Assembly (NCBI RefSeq): GCF_009914755.1
Contig: NC_060930.1
Length of the DNA stretch: 64,000 nucleotides
Origin: the human T2T-CHM13v2.0 reference genome, Homo sapiens
Direction: 5' to 3' (one strand)
Shown: positions 13,776-28,992 of the stretch, in pieces
Numbering within the stretch: position 1 is the stretch's first letter
How the letters are laid out: every line of letters begins with the position of its first letter
Program-made: the position numbers and the translations under genes
Notes under the pieces: generated by a model
What the model was told of the DNA's origin: nothing
The model's input: the letters and a program-made list of their open reading frames with translations, nothing else
The model's database searches: none

Positions 13776-15950
13776 AAGACCACCTTTTTTTTTTTTTTTT
13801 TTTTTTTTTCTGTACTAAGACTTTCTACTATTCTGCCTGGTGAATAACAGGTACTTAAAATATTTGCGGTTTTGACTTCTAAACAAAATAACATTAAGCA
13901 CATTTTTTTTTTTCAGTTAATTTTAGGAGTAATTGGGGTAGCCTGGAAGAAATCACTTATGGGAGATGCTCCAGAGCTCCACTGTTTGTGATGACCATTC
14001 AATATGCAACATAAAATGAGTCTTGGTGGTGTCTCAAATCTTTCTCCTCCACAAGGAGAAGTAGATGGAGTATAGATGGATGCACGGGTGGATAGAGTAG
14101 GACAAATAGATGGAAAAATAGTTGGATTTTTCTTACACATACCGTCCAATATCTTCCATACCATGGACAGTATTTTATCCTTACTTGTTTCTAGGACCTA
14201 AGGAACATAGTTGGTAATACAGAATCCTGTGGAACTCCAATAATTTCAGAGAAAATTGAGGATACAGTATTTTTACCCTCTGCACCTGGAAGAACTTACT
14301 GCTTTATTTTGGTAACTAAAAAATTAACATTAATTTACTTTTGCCTTGATAGTAGGGTCAAAATCAATGTCTATGGAAGACTACCTATAATAGTGACTAC
14401 TTTAAATTCTTTTCTCTTCTTATCCCTTATAATGATATATCCATACTTTCAACATGCAGATATAAGCAGTTCTAAGTCTATGCTTCAAATTACATGCTCT
14501 GGGGAAAGAATTAGTAAACAAAGATGTCAAGAAAATCTGAATTTATTATTTTCAAATTGTTCTTAAGTTTTATTTTTAGAGACTATCATTTCCTTATAGC
14601 TACTCTACAAAGAGACAAGAAAACACTTCACAGTGAACTAGCCCCCCTAGGAAAAACACTGTGGAGTGAATATTTATGTTATCAAGTAGTTAGAATAAGT
14701 AGAGGCAGATAAAAATACCCTAAACTTTTATTTAAAACCATGCATATTAACCCCGTGGGCTTTCTTGCTATCCTTATAAAGTCAATTATCGCTCTATAGG
14801 TTTTTGATTTTTAATTTCAGTTTATTTTAAACTATATTGTATCTCTTCATATTAAAAAATTAATCTTCTCTTTTACTTTGTATGTTCCACCATTCCTTTT
14901 TAATTCATGTCACTTTTGTACTCTAAACACAGTAGGATGCTAATTTAAAATTTGTGACCTTAAATTCATGTCATTTAAATCCCCCAAATGAATATAATGA
15001 TTCATCCACTTTTGTGTTTGAAATATAATCTGCCTTAAAATAAATATGTTGCTAAAGGGTAAAACCTAGTATATGCCTCTTGATTTTATGAGAGCACAAG
15101 ATCAAATCTTCATTATATTTAGAGCTTACACTGAAGATGGAAAGCTGCTTTATATGATAAAGTGAGAGAAACTTATCAGTAAGTCTTCAAGCAGGAGAAG
15201 ATGAGATGCGCTGGATAGCCAAGAGAATTTTAGTAAAGTGATGGTCTGTGTTCAATATTAGCTTGTGCACTTTGCTATGATATAACAGCTCTCCATCTAA
15301 AACTTCTGCTAACATTGCATGTGCCTTATATGAAATTTTAGGGGAAATTAAAGAGACTCAGTTTCACATCCAGGTCAAAGCAATCAGAGAAAAAGGAACA
15401 TTTATGGTAGTTAACACATGAATAGAATTTGGAAATCTCTAGTGCAGAAGTCCAGGACCCTAAGTAATCAGGAGTGTCTAGAACCCCTTTAATTCTCAGA
15501 AATCTTATGGGGCATTGGAATTTCCAATACAATATTGGATGGGTGGCTGGAACTCTCAAATGCAGAAACTACACTTTAGGTTACTTTTCTTATTACACAA
15601 ACATTAAAGCAATATTTAAAAGGTCAATCCAGTCAGAATCCAACCACCACAGAAATTCACAGAATTATTTGCCTATGTTTCCTTTTATTTCTAATCCGTA
15701 TGTACACATAATTTTACATGGTATAGTTATAATTTTGTTTTGATTTTGTAATCAGTGTCAAATCATAAACATTTTAACATGTTCATTTTTTGTAGGTGCC
15801 CTTATAATGACTATTTGCCTAACCCTTTTCTTATCTTGGGTATTGGATTGTACTTGAGTTTTCATATATATATAAATAACACTTCAATTTAAATATTTGT
15901 CAAATATTTTGCTTTCATCAAATAAAAAATGGAAATAAAAACAAGCTTAT

Positions 15951-16270
15951 GGCCGGGTACGGTGGCTCACGCCTGTAATTCCAGCACTTTGGGAGGCCGA
16001 GGCGGGTGGATCACGAGGTCAGGAGATCGAGACCATCCTGCCTAACACGGTGAAACCCCGTCTCTACTAAAAATACAAAAAAATAGCTGGGCGTGGCTAG
16101 CTGGGCATGGTGGCGGGCGCCTGTAGTCCCAGCCACTCGGGAGGCTGAGGCAGAAGAATGGCGTGAACCCAGAAGGTGGAGCTTGCAGTGAGCCGAGATC
16201 GCGCCAATCCGCTCCAGCCTAGGAGACAGCCGCGAGACTCAGTCTCAAAAAAAAAAAAAAAAAAAAAAAA
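15951..16270 (+). mobile_element. AluY with a 14-bp internal duplication
   Basis: Y diagnostics, long poly-A, TSD aagcttat; tagctgggcgtggc / tagctgggcatggt duplicated at 16084-16111. Confidence 0.95.
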
Positions 16271-16531
16271 GCTTATATTGTAGAGCTATTGTGAGGATTA
16301 AATGCAAAAAAATGCATAACAAAGATTATGCATAGTGTCAATTTGGACCAATTTCTAGAATCTAATTATTGACCAAAGGATATGACTATATATTCTTTCT
16401 GAGGCTGTTGAACGAATTACTAACTTCCAGAGCGTTCAGCTGGCAAAATAATAAAAACTGGCTGTCAATATCTTAAACAAAAAAACCCAATGCTGAAGTG
16501 ATCACTTATTTTAAAAAGGGCAAAATATAAT

Positions 16532-16930
16532 TGTCAGGCACAGTCTCTCAGAGCAGGGAAGACTGCTAATATTATAGAGGGCTTTGAGGAAGAGTGTAAT
16601 TCAGTTACTGGTTGACTTCCAGAGGCGTAAGTGTATTGACGTCATTTGTAGAACTATGGTTCTTCAGGTGAGAATTCCTTTGATTAATCAACTTCCAGAA
16701 GTGTGTTCTTTGAAGTGAGTCTTTTTCTGATTAACTGACTTTAGGAAGTTAGGGTTATAACTATTTGGTTGACTTGCAAATGCATGTTCACTGAGAGGCA
16801 GAGCCATTAATTCTTCAACTTTGTGTAAAATCAGTTCTGATAGTTTCTGGAACTGTCATTGATTAAGCAGTTTTAAAACCACTTCTGGTGACTACTTGCT
16901 ACCATAGCTACAGAAAAATATCAATCATTT
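16532..16930. repeat. Degenerate ~45-bp internal repeat region, possibly an ancient LTR
   Basis: Recurring tgatt/tggtt-gacttccagaag...gttctt..gtgag units at about 16608, 16681, 16728 and 16764; family not identified. Confidence 0.4.
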
Positions 16931-17292
16931 CCTAGGAGCGTGGGGACATTTTATTCTCCAGCTATAGTTGAAATAACTTATGAGAAAAAAATCACAGAGG
17001 AAATGATGGAAAATGCCAAGGGCTTTTCATGAGGAAGAGGGGGAAATAACTAGAAACTTGTTTTTAATGCAATCTTCTGCTTGAGAAATACTGTGTCAGT
17101 ATCCAACAGTGAAACAGATGTGGAAAGGTAGTACCCATTGAAAAGAGGAGTAGAACTAGGATGGAAAGGTAAGCACATTTTATGTAAGTTAGTTAAATTG
17201 CTAAAGAAAACTTATTTCCTATTTTATTGTCAAGAAATTATATAATTACACATTTTGTGGGATCACAAATGTCTGCTTATTAAACATTTTAG

Positions 17293-17620
<328 letters not shown>

Positions 17621-18159
17621 AAGGCTGCTTTTCTCTAAATCCATGCTTACATAGATTAGTGATTATCTTTATTTTTTATTTTTGTTTTTTTGTTTCATTT
17701 TTTTGCATTTTCTCTCTCTTTAATATAAATTGTGTTCTTACTTGCTTATATTCCATTCTAGAATGGCTTCTAGTCTCCTCCCAGAAGGCTGACCCTGCCA
17801 GTTCTAAATTTTTTTCTGACTCTCATCCTCCTGAATTTTGCTCTCCTCCATAGTCAACAATTTTGTACGCCTCCTTTTCTTTTTTTAAATGACATTCAGT
17901 TTCTGAAATATTGGCTTCTCTCGTTATACTTCCACCCCCATTCTTCCACCATGCAAAAAATAACTCTTCCTCTCTCTTCTTTTGGCTAAACTTTCCAAAA
18001 AGATGTATAATTTTTTATTTTTGAAAAATGTGTTAGTGACATTCGTCCTGGTTAACTTATTCCAAATAATGTCTCTATCTTGCATTCTGTCTTACTGTTC
18101 TACAACCTATTCCAGCACCATCAACAGATGACTCATTTCAGCCTGACCTCATGAAAAGA

Positions 18160-18345
18160 GCTTGCATTCTAGGTTCAGACAGAATAACAAGAGACTCCTA
18201 TTTTTACCATTTGCTGGCTGATGTAATCTTACATGAGTAATTTAAGCTATAGGGGTCTCACCTCCTTTATCTGTAAAATAGGAATTCTAGTACATGGGAT
18301 GGTAATGATGATGTAAAGAAATCATGTATAGAAAACATATAAATA
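18160..18345 (+). mobile_element. MIR fragment
   Basis: Contains ctcacctcctttatctgtaaaatagg and similar MIR core sequence. Confidence 0.5.
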
Positions 18346-18619
18346 GCATACTCTTTCTACCCAGGAGGAGCTACATAATTGTTAAATCTTGTGTTTATTT
18401 CTTATTATCTCTTACTATGTTGACTGTTCTTCCAAATTGCATAACCAAAAGATCCATGAGGCCTAATGTCAAAAGCTCAATGTCTTTGTCGTCTTATGAG
18501 GCAAGTCAGTTTATCTTATCTTGTTCATTTAGGGATAAGAATAATTCCTTCTCTACCTTAATTACATTGTGGCAATGGCAAATTGAAATGTGATATTGAT
18601 TACAGAAGTACTTAATCAT

Positions 18620-18870
18620 TATAATAACAATAACTGTTAGCATTTTAAAATCTGGTATTGTCTATGTGTAAGTCACTGTGTCGGCACTTAATAAATGTAA
18701 GCTCAGTCTTTACAATTATCTAACAGGGATTAATATTATTTCTAATGTTTATGTGAGGAAACTACAGCTCGGCAAGATGAAGTCGTTGGGTCAAGGATAC
18801 ATAGGTAGGAGGGAACAGGGCTAGAATTGAAGTCTTCTGAACCTCCACCTGCACCCTCAGAGCCCCATGC
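18620..18870 (-). mobile_element. MIR
   Basis: Antisense core atgtgaggaaactacagctc...gtcaaggatacatag. Confidence 0.55.
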
Positions 18871-19299
18871 AACAGTGAATAATCAAATGCATTCAGTTTC
18901 CTTTCATTAAAAATGCTACTTGGCCACTGCTTGAACCATGATCCATTACTACCCAGCTCATTTTCAAAGGATCTTGTTAACTCTCCTAAAAGCATTTTAG
19001 AGCTAGATCCTGCCTTCGTTTATTTTCATTATAGCTGCTTTCTTTTCTATGTCATTAATTCATGCTTCTCTTTTGTAATTTTACTGTCAGGTTCTCCACC
19101 AAGTGCTCTAGGGAATTAAAAACACATGCACACAATATTTAAGCTTTTCAGCGAGTGAAGGTTGACCTCAATTCCTGTTTTTCCTCCCTCTTTGTGCTGT
19201 CTTCAGGGTTGATATGCCTCCCTCCTCTTCTACCCCCAATAGTGCTTAAGCCTCTCTCATGTCGGCGCAGGTTAAAACTCGTCCACAGCCTCTGTATGT

Positions 19300-19642
19300 T
19301 TCATTAGTCTGTTTTACATTGCTGTAAAGGACTACCTGAGATAGGGTAATTGATGAAGAAAAGAAATTTATGGTACGGCAGGCTGTACAAGAACCATGGC
19401 ACCAGTATCTGCTCAGCTTCTGGTGAGGTCTCAGGAAGCTTTTATTCATGGAGGAAGGCAAGGAGAGCCAGTGTGTCACATGGCAAAACAGGGAGCAAGC
19501 AAGAAGAAAGGGTGCTGGGCTGTTTTAAACAACCAGCTCTAGAGCAAGAAGTCACACATTACTGCCAGGAAGGCACCAAACAGTTCATGAGAGATCTGCC
19601 CCCATAACCAAAACACCTCCCTTCAGGCCCCGCCTCCAACAA
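19300..19642 (-). mobile_element. MST (MaLR) LTR
   Basis: attagtctgttttacattgctgtaaagg...gcaggctgtacaagaaccatggcaccag...gcctccaaca is the reverse complement of an MSTA/B-type LTR. Confidence 0.85.
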
Positions 19643-20200
19643 GATGTCATTCTTTGCTTCCCTAAAGTTCTTAGGTCTTCAAAGCACTCACTCAACAAAG
19701 CAGAAAACTATTTATACCATAGTTTTGCTATTCTGTAGATCCAGGACATATTGCAAATTATCAATTACATGCAATGAGTTGTTAGACTTCAGTGCATTTT
19801 AAGGCAAAGGATTCTCTGCCTCTGCGTCAGACTAAGAGATTGAGTTGGTCTTTATATACACAGGTTTGTAAATTCAAACTACACTTTAATTCATGTTATT
19901 TACTATTATAAACATACTTATTTCACCTAAATACTTTCAATGGAGGTAGAGGCAATATCATTTCTTTATTCTTTAACTTCCCTGTGGAGATTATAGCATG
20001 GCCAGGCAGTGAATGAGAAATATAAAGTGATGATTAAAATGGAAATGAGCCATCTGTAATAATATTAAATAATTGAGCAGAAAATTTCAATCTAAGTGTC
20101 AAGGCTTATCAACCAAAATAATTCATGGAAAACTATTATTAAGAATGGTTTCAGGTTATTATTTGTCTGAGGATTAATAATTTCTTTTGTTAAAAACTAC

Positions 20201-21226
20201 TGTTTTTTTAAACATTTATTGGAGGTCCAGGGGTACACGTGCAGGTTTGTTAGATAGGTAAATTGCATGTCTCAGGGGTTTGATGGACAGATTATTTCTT
20301 TACCTAAGTAATAAGCAGAGTATCCAATAGGTAGTTTTTCAATCCTCACCCTCCTCCTATCTTCCACCCTCAAGTAGGCCCCAGTGGCTGGCTTTTGTTC
20401 CCTTCTTTGTGTACATGTGTACTCAGTGTTTAGCTCCCACTTATAAGTAAGAATACATGATACTTAGTTTCTTGTTTTTGCATTAGTTTCTTAGGACAAT
20501 AGCTTTCAATTCCATCCATGTTGCTGCGAAGTATGTAATCTCATTCTTTTTTATGGCTGCATAGTATTCCATGTTGCATATGTACCACATTTTCTTTATC
20601 CATTCTATCATTGATGAGCTTTTAGGTTTATTCCGTGTCTTTGGTATTGTGAATAGTGCTGCAGTGAACATACCTGTGCATGTGTCTTTATGGTAGAATT
20701 ATTTATCTTTGTTTAGTTATATATCCAGTAATGGGATTGCTGGGCTTAATGGTAATTTTAAGTTCTTTGAGAAATCCCCAAACTGCTTTCAATAATGGCT
20801 GAACTAATTTACATTTCCATCAGCAGTGTATAAGTGTTCTTTCTCCTCAACCTTGCCAGCATCTGTTATTTTTTGACTTTTTAATAGTAGCCATTCTGAT
20901 TGGTATGAGATGGTATCTCATGGTGGTTTTAATTTGCATTTCTCTAATGTGATGTTGAGCATTTTTTCATATGCTTATTGGCCATGTGTATGTCTTCTTT
21001 TGAAAAGTCTATGTTCATGTCCTTTGCCCACTTTTAAAGGGGTTGTTTATTTTTTGCCTGTTAATTTGTTTAAGTTCTTATAGATTCTGGATATTAGACC
21101 TTTATCAGATAAATACTTTTTAAATATTTTTCTCCTATTCTATAGATTTTATGTTTACTCTGTTGATAGTTTCTTTTGCTGTGTAGAAGCTCTTTATTTT
21201 AATTAGATTCCACTTGTCAATTTTTG
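20201..21226 (-). mobile_element. 5'-truncated L1PA (L1PA15/16-like)
   Basis: Antisense L1 3'UTR plus ORF2 end (the 20483-20671 ORF is L1 ORF2 C-terminus-like: WIKKMWYI...EYYAAIKKNE); TSD aaactact. Confidence 0.9.
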
Positions 21227-21997
21227 AAACTACTCTTTTAAAAAAGAAAATTGTAAAGAGCTTTTTAAGCCAAATTTAACAAGCAATAAACTTTTAAAAT
21301 TAACAGATTCAACTACCTAATTATCAAAACTTCAGTATAACAGAAAAAGATACTATAAACAAAATTAATTTTGTCTTTAAATTTAAAAATCTGGGAGAAA
21401 ATGTTCCCCCCAAAATTAGACAAAGGCTTAATTTTGTAATATGTAAAGAGTGTTCACAAATTAATTATCCAAAATGCCATAATAAAAGAGGCAAATAAAG
21501 TATGAATAGTCATTTCACAAAGGAAATAAAAATTATCCCAATAAAGACAATAATGTCCAACCTTACCAATTAATTACCTGACAAATGCAATTTTGTGGTC
21601 TAATGGGACACTTTTTCATTTGTACTGTATTAAATAGTTCATAACATTCATCGTTATTAAGTGTTGTGGAAAATTTGATTCCAGGTGAAGCAAGTTGGAC
21701 CCTTTTGGATAACATACTGGTATGTTCATAAATTTGGTAATACTTACAAAAATTTTAAAAACATATATTGTTTGACCCAGTAATTCTACCTGTGGTAATT
21801 TATTCATCAAAAACACTTGTATGCACCACTAAGAAGCCTTCACCAAAATGTTTATTGCAAATTTAGAATGACAAAGTATTAAAAATAATCAAAATGTCCA
21901 TCAATAGGAGAAAAGTAAAATATATAATAATATATTCTTACCAATCAGTGCTAAGCAACCATTGAAAATAACTTGGTGAATATATAAAGACAGATTA

Positions 21998-22635
<638 letters not shown>

Positions 22636-25600
22636 CAGCTTCAAACTATTCACTATAAAAAGCAAGTCTCAGAATAAAATAAACAGAAGAGTCTCAATTT
22701 TCTCTTAAAAATCATATATATGTATAAATATATCTAAATATATACAAATGTGTATAAAGTTTTGAAAAAGTTCTAAAAGGATATATGACACACTGAAACA
22801 AAAGTGGTTACCTCTTGGGGAAGAGAATGGGTTGAAAGAGTGGCAATTGGTATTAATTTGGTATTTAGTATTAAAATTTGGTATTAATTATTTTATATAC
22901 ACTTGAATTATTTACATTTTAATAATAAAAATATATTCTTCTATTACTTTTATAGTTCTTATAAGTCATGCAAATACAGGTAGTATAACTGAAGTGAGTA
23001 AATGTTTTCAGAAAAGATTTGATGAATTATCAGTCAATTAGTGATAGTGTTCTGAAGGGTGGGCATTTTTGAACATTTTTCCTGTTATGCCTTGAATTTT
23101 TTAATTAAATTTCAAAAAAATTAATTTTACCACAGTTGTAGGGCTTAGCTTTGGCTAGCATCAAAATTTTATATAAATTACACGTCAGTTGGAAACAAAT
23201 AATCAGAACCTCCTCAATAAAATAACATTGGGAGGTGGGAGAGGGGGTACGAATCTCAGCATGGTTTTTGGGAGATAAATTTTTTAACTTTATATTTGAA
23301 AAGTACTTTTTATTTGACAAGTAAAAAGAAAAAGAATCTTAGACAAGGCAGTATGAGAAAAATTAATTTTAAAAATAAATTTAAGAAAGGAAAATAAGTT
23401 AAAATTTGACTTTCTCTGCTATGAGAGATAGTTGTTATGTAATTTTATAAATATTATAAGAAACTTCACCTGTCTTCATGTATTAAATAAGATGAAGTAA
23501 AAATGTAACCTGGTGTGAATGCTAATGTCACATTAATAATGCCATTAGTTATATTCTCTCCCCACCATCATCTTGAATGTCTCAGTGACACAATAACATG
23601 GGCTCCATTTAGTGCTTTAAAAATTAAATTAACTCCCATCCTTTTTTGAAAATATCTCTCTAAAAAGCAGAGACATTGTTCTTGGACATTAAAGAAATTC
23701 TGTAGATTAACTGCAATTAATGAGCCTGAGTGAAACTTTCAAGCACTTTGATCATTGCTATAATTATGAATACCCAACCTGTTTTTACATATTATTTTTA
23801 AATGTTACAAAAGTAATTCTTTTTCCTCCTTCAAGATAATACAGTAAAATTTGTTTTCTTTGACACAATTTTAATTGAACTACATACACATGTTTTCCAA
23901 CTTAGTTTGGCAATAGAAAAAGTGATCATTATTCTTCTGACTCATTCTAAAACTCTTACAATGTACGAGGAAACTCTTGGAGCTTTGCTTTTCTCTTTAC
24001 TGTGGCAGTGCAAACTTATTGCTTGCTACTCTGCAGCTATTTCTGAACTCAAGTTATTTTAGAAATTCTTCAAAATTTAACATTTTCTCCTGATCCTTGT
24101 TGAGGAATCAGTACACCATAGTGGTCGTCCCTGCTTATAAGACGGGGTTAATAATATTACCACCTACACTGTTGGTTTGAGAATGACACAAGATGGTGTG
24201 TATTTGTTATGTGCAGGACCCACTACCTGGCTTGTATGGAGGAGCCCTTTCTAAATAAGTACTGCTAGCATTATTTTTTCTTCTATGAGTTCCTATTTCT
24301 CTTTTACTCTAAATTATCATCACAATAGGCTATACATTATTTATTTTCCAAAATAAATGTTATGGTAACTACCTGCATGAAGAAAAGTGAAAAAAAATAG
24401 AACATATTATGAATGACTATTTCTGAAAATTCAACTATCTAGCATTGTACAAATAACACCTTGACGAGTAGCTTGATTTTTCTCATTTTCAACTTATTTT
24501 TTCTTTCCTTCTCTTTCCATATTTATATTGTAAGTGGTTGCCAGCACTGACCAATGCAGTTATCCAGACTACAAATGTAGTGTTGTCATACTCCTCCAAA
24601 CACACACATACACACGAACACACACACCTTTGTTTCAAATCGTCAACCTTAATCATAATTGTTTAAGCAAAAGGAGGAATGCAGGCTACAAATCCCTATC
24701 TCTGAGAAGAAAGTTTTATAGACAGCTTATTCGCATTCTACTGCTTCTAGACCTTCAGAGGAAATATGTGCTTGTTCCATAACCTCAGAATGCTTTAGGG
24801 AATCCCAGCTTCCACGTTCATTCAGTGATTCTTCTGGGAGTCATTCTCATAAGTACCCCAAAGAAATTGAGATTGAGAAAAGATTTCCTATAACTTTGCA
24901 GACATTATGGAAACCAAAAGAAGTATCCTTTTTTTCTTCACCTGGTATACAACAAATTTATTGCCTCTTCTCAAATAAGTAAACCATTTCTCTAACATGT
25001 GGAGAGGAATTAGGGAAGGGGAGGTGATCTAAAATTTACTAAATTGCCTAAAACATGTCAGTAAATTACAAGAGTTATTTTTCCTATCATCACAGTTCTA
25101 TGAAGAGGATATTATAGTCTTCATTTCTCATATGAACGAGTCTCAGAGAAGTTAAAGATTTTCCTGAGTCCCAGCATGAAATGCAGAAGATGCAAATGGT
25201 GCCATTTATCAATTGCATTTCTTCCTGTCTCTCTACAAAATGCCCACGTTACCCATGATACATTGTTTTTTCTCATCCTAACATTTACATCACTAGATAT
25301 TGGAACAAAATCAAAAGTCATTTGTTTTTGATATTATTTGTTTTTTTAATAAATGCTAATACTTTATGGGAGATAGGAATTCTTTTCCACTCCATGAAAC
25401 TTTTTATTAGTACTCAACATCATTCCAGAAAACTGACCGAAAAACAAAGGTTGAAAGAACATATGTGTCTGCTGTTCCATTTCTAAAAGGCTTTATAAGC
25501 TGCTCCTGAAAATGATCAAAATGTCAGTGTTTCTGCCCCCAGTAGAACGCATCCTCTCTGGTTTCAGCTGCAGGTTAGTCATTACTGTGTGTAAGCATGC

Positions 25601-26082
25601 ATTCCACAGCAGAATCATGAGGGTTTGGATAATAGAGGAAGGTTAATTAGACTGTAGTAAGTACATAATATAGAGGAATATTTTTCTTCACAAAAAAGCT
25701 GAAAATTGTCCCTGGACTGACACCAAAAGAGAAAGGGCGACAATTTTGGGGGACTTGTTAGCACTAAGCTACATACATTTTGCCAGACATTTATAGGTAC
25801 TCAACTTTATTATGCTTTCTTATGTTCTGTTTTTGGTGATTTAGACACATTCATTCTTTATATGAGAAAATATTTTATAATGTGTTTTGATATACTGTAA
25901 TGTAATTTGTGCTAAAATGTAAAAAGCATATAACAGTTCCTATAAGCTTTCCTAAAACATTTATGAAGTATAATTGCCCAAGCAAAAAAACTATTTGCAG
26001 ACTTTTAGTCTAACATTCAAAGCAAATACACAAAAAGCATATTATTCTGTTCACTTCAGAGGACTTTATGTATCTATAGCCA

Positions 26083-26278
26083 TTTATTTATTTATTTATT
26101 TATTTATTATTTCAATAGGTTTTGGGGAACAGATGGTGTTTGGTTACATGGATATGTTCTTTAGTGGTGGTTTCTGAGATCTTGTTGCATCCATCACCTG
26201 AGTAGTGTACACTGTACCCAATGTGTAGTCTTTTATCCCTCATCCCCCTCCCACCCTTTCCCTGGAGTCCCCAGAGCA
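26083..26278 (-). mobile_element. L1PB 3' end
   Basis: (ttta)n tail then tttcaataggttttggggaacag...tgtacccaatgtgtagtcttttatccctc. Confidence 0.85.
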
Positions 26279-26624
26279 CTTTTTTAAAAATAATAATAAC
26301 AACAATATTCTTGTCTTTTAGGGAAGGTATGGACCATTTGTATGCGTGTGTACTGGGTAATAATATAAAATGTATTTCTTACTGTGGGTCTAAACTAAAT
26401 GTCATTGCCAAAAAAGGAAAAAAATAGCCCTAGAAAGGTGGAACTTTTAAGAAATTTTCCATAACCAGAAGCCACTTCTGTGGTGCTTCACTTACATCAC
26501 TGAAAGCAGCTAGGAGTAGAATACAGGGATGAAGTAAAACCAAAAAAAGGAAAACAGTAGAGAAATCATTGTGAACATCTGAGTAATCAATTGGTTATTT
26601 TTTGAATAATAAGACAGATCTTAT

Positions 26625-26850
26625 AATTCAGCTAATAAATATTGGGTTCAGACCTCAGCTCTACAACTGGTTGGTTAGGGAACCCTGACCAAAATTATTT
26701 AACTACACTAGGTTCCACATTCTCATCTATAAAATGAGGATGAAACTACCCTCTGTCTCCTCAGGCAGTTAATTAAATTAAGGTGTGTAATTCATACATT
26801 GAACTTACTGCCACACATGGAATAAATTTTCAGTAATTGTAAACTATTCG
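26625..26850 (+). mobile_element. MIR
   Basis: gggttcagacctcagctct...ttctcatctataaaatgagga. Confidence 0.6.
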
Positions 26851-27259
26851 GTTAACCCCTCTCCTGGAGGGATTACAAAGTGTTAATTTACAGACTAACC
26901 TAAAGTGTTTTTGTTTTGCATGTTTGTATAGTATACTTTGCTAAAATTACTTGCTAAATTACTAGACTCTCAAGTAAATAATAAATTTTGCTTTTTATCT
27001 TCAAAGATATATTATTTATTTGTAAGGTCTTATGATTTTCTAACTATCGAATAAGGATAGTTTCACTTTGTTTAATGTTTTACTATAGGATGTTAATAGT
27101 TAAGGTAAGTAGGCATAATTTTTTTAATGATTTCAAAGAGATATCCTTAAGTACTTCTTTTTTTGACTCCTAAGTATAGAAGCCCACAAAATATGATGAC
27201 AAGGTTTTCAGACACATGAGTTTGGGAATGAGTTAAATGAGAAAAATAAAGAGAAGATA

Positions 27260-27705
27260 TGTGAACAAATAGAAAAAAATTAATAAAATAGTTTTCTGTT
27301 GTAGAATTAATACATGTTCATTATAAAAATTTAGGTAATAGCCAAAGATAAATAGAATAATATTACTATTTAGATGTATATGTTTCAAATGCATTTGCTG
27401 TGCACATATACAGCTAATAACATTTTTTTCACAAAATGAAATCATACCATACATAATTTTATAACTTCCTTTTGTCCTGTGACTATATCATGGATGTTTT
27501 CTATGTCAACACATATAAGTCAATAATACTGTTTTTAAGAGCAGTATAATATTCCATTCTTTGTTTGGATCATAATTTTTTAACCAATTACTTATTCAGG
27601 AACATTTATCTAATATCTGATATTTAGAAATTGCAAACAATGCTCTATTGTTTTATAAAACTCTCTGTGTCCTTCTCCAAATATTTCAATATGATAAATT
27701 TCTCC
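27260..27705 (-). mobile_element. Ancient L1ME-like fragment
   Basis: Antisense L1 motifs: gcagtataatattccatt, ttgcaaacaatgct. Confidence 0.5.
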
Positions 27706-28796
27706 TTCAGTTCATAAAAGTAATCACCAATTACTGAATGCTATTTGACAATTATAGTGTTAAAATTTTATATACACTATTTCATGGGACTATTACAATA
27801 ATTATTACAATAATCCCACGAAACAGATACATCATTAACTACATTTTACCAAATAGTGCAACTGAAAATTAATAAAGTTGAATAATTTTCCAAAAGTCCA
27901 CAGAAAGCAGGAATTATAACCAGGAACAACTGATTCCAAAACTCATGTGTATAACCACTACACTATACTACTTCTCTCGTGTAGTATAGTTTGAATATTT
28001 TAATTTTTTATTAGTCTTACTTAGTTTCCAGATAATTTAAATTATTTTTTGATAAATAATAGAAATTCTACTTTGCAGGACCAACTTCAATGTATTTGTC
28101 CTCGGTCCCCCATGAATTGTCTAATATGTAAACTTGTCAAGTAGCTGCATGACACATTCAAATTACCTGGCATTTCAAAAAGGTGCAGGTTGCTGTATTG
28201 CTTCATTGCAAAGTTAAGGAGTAACATGTTGCTTGGAAAGAAAATTACTCTTTCAATGACTTTATTGAATGTCACATAATATGAATGGGAGACAATGTGG
28301 AAGATAAATTATCATGTGTATTATGGATGATATTTTTTTCTATACAATCTTACAAAAGCTGAGGTGTGTATAGTATAATCAAATGTTAGTATATGTACAG
28401 TACATACTTATCTATAAACACACACATACATGAGGGACATTTGGTTCACCAAAAATTTGTGCCAGTAGAGGTATTTCTTTAGTTACTGCTTATTATTATT
28501 TTGAACAATATTGTAGCCTCAGACAATGTCCTATTGGAATTAGAAATGAATGAGCACTACTTATTGGGCCCAAGAGAAAGGTGTTAAAGAAGGAATGGCA
28601 AGGTTTGCACCTTAGTGCCAATACTCAAACTGCTTTAGGCTGGAAACCAGTTGGCCAGCCAATTTAATTATTCTTCACCATGATTCAACATAAAAGGAAA
28701 TAATGAGCATTGGGAATATAATAATATTATGGATGCTAAGTATACTGCATAAAGACATGCACAGCAAATGCAAAACTGCCAGTTTCAGGAAAAAAA

Positions 28797-28992
28797 AGGT
28801 ACCGGGGGAGAAAGAAGTGGGAGGGGAGTTGCTGTTCAATGGGTATAAAGTTTCTGTTGTAGAAGACGAATGAGTTCTAAATATTTGGTGTACAACATTG
28901 TGCTAATAGTGAACAAATACTGTATTGTGTACTTAAAAATTTGATAAAGGTTAGATCTTATTACATGTTCTTACCACAATTTTTTAAAAATA
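28797..28992 (+). mobile_element. L1MA/L1MB 3' end
   Basis: ggggagttgctgttcaatgggtataaagtttc...tgttcttaccacaat followed by an A-rich tail. Confidence 0.8.

Noticed and set aside
27956-27990. Small hairpin actatacta...tagtatagt
   Set aside because: A 9-bp AT-rich stem is expected by chance in 64 kb; no miRNA-like features.
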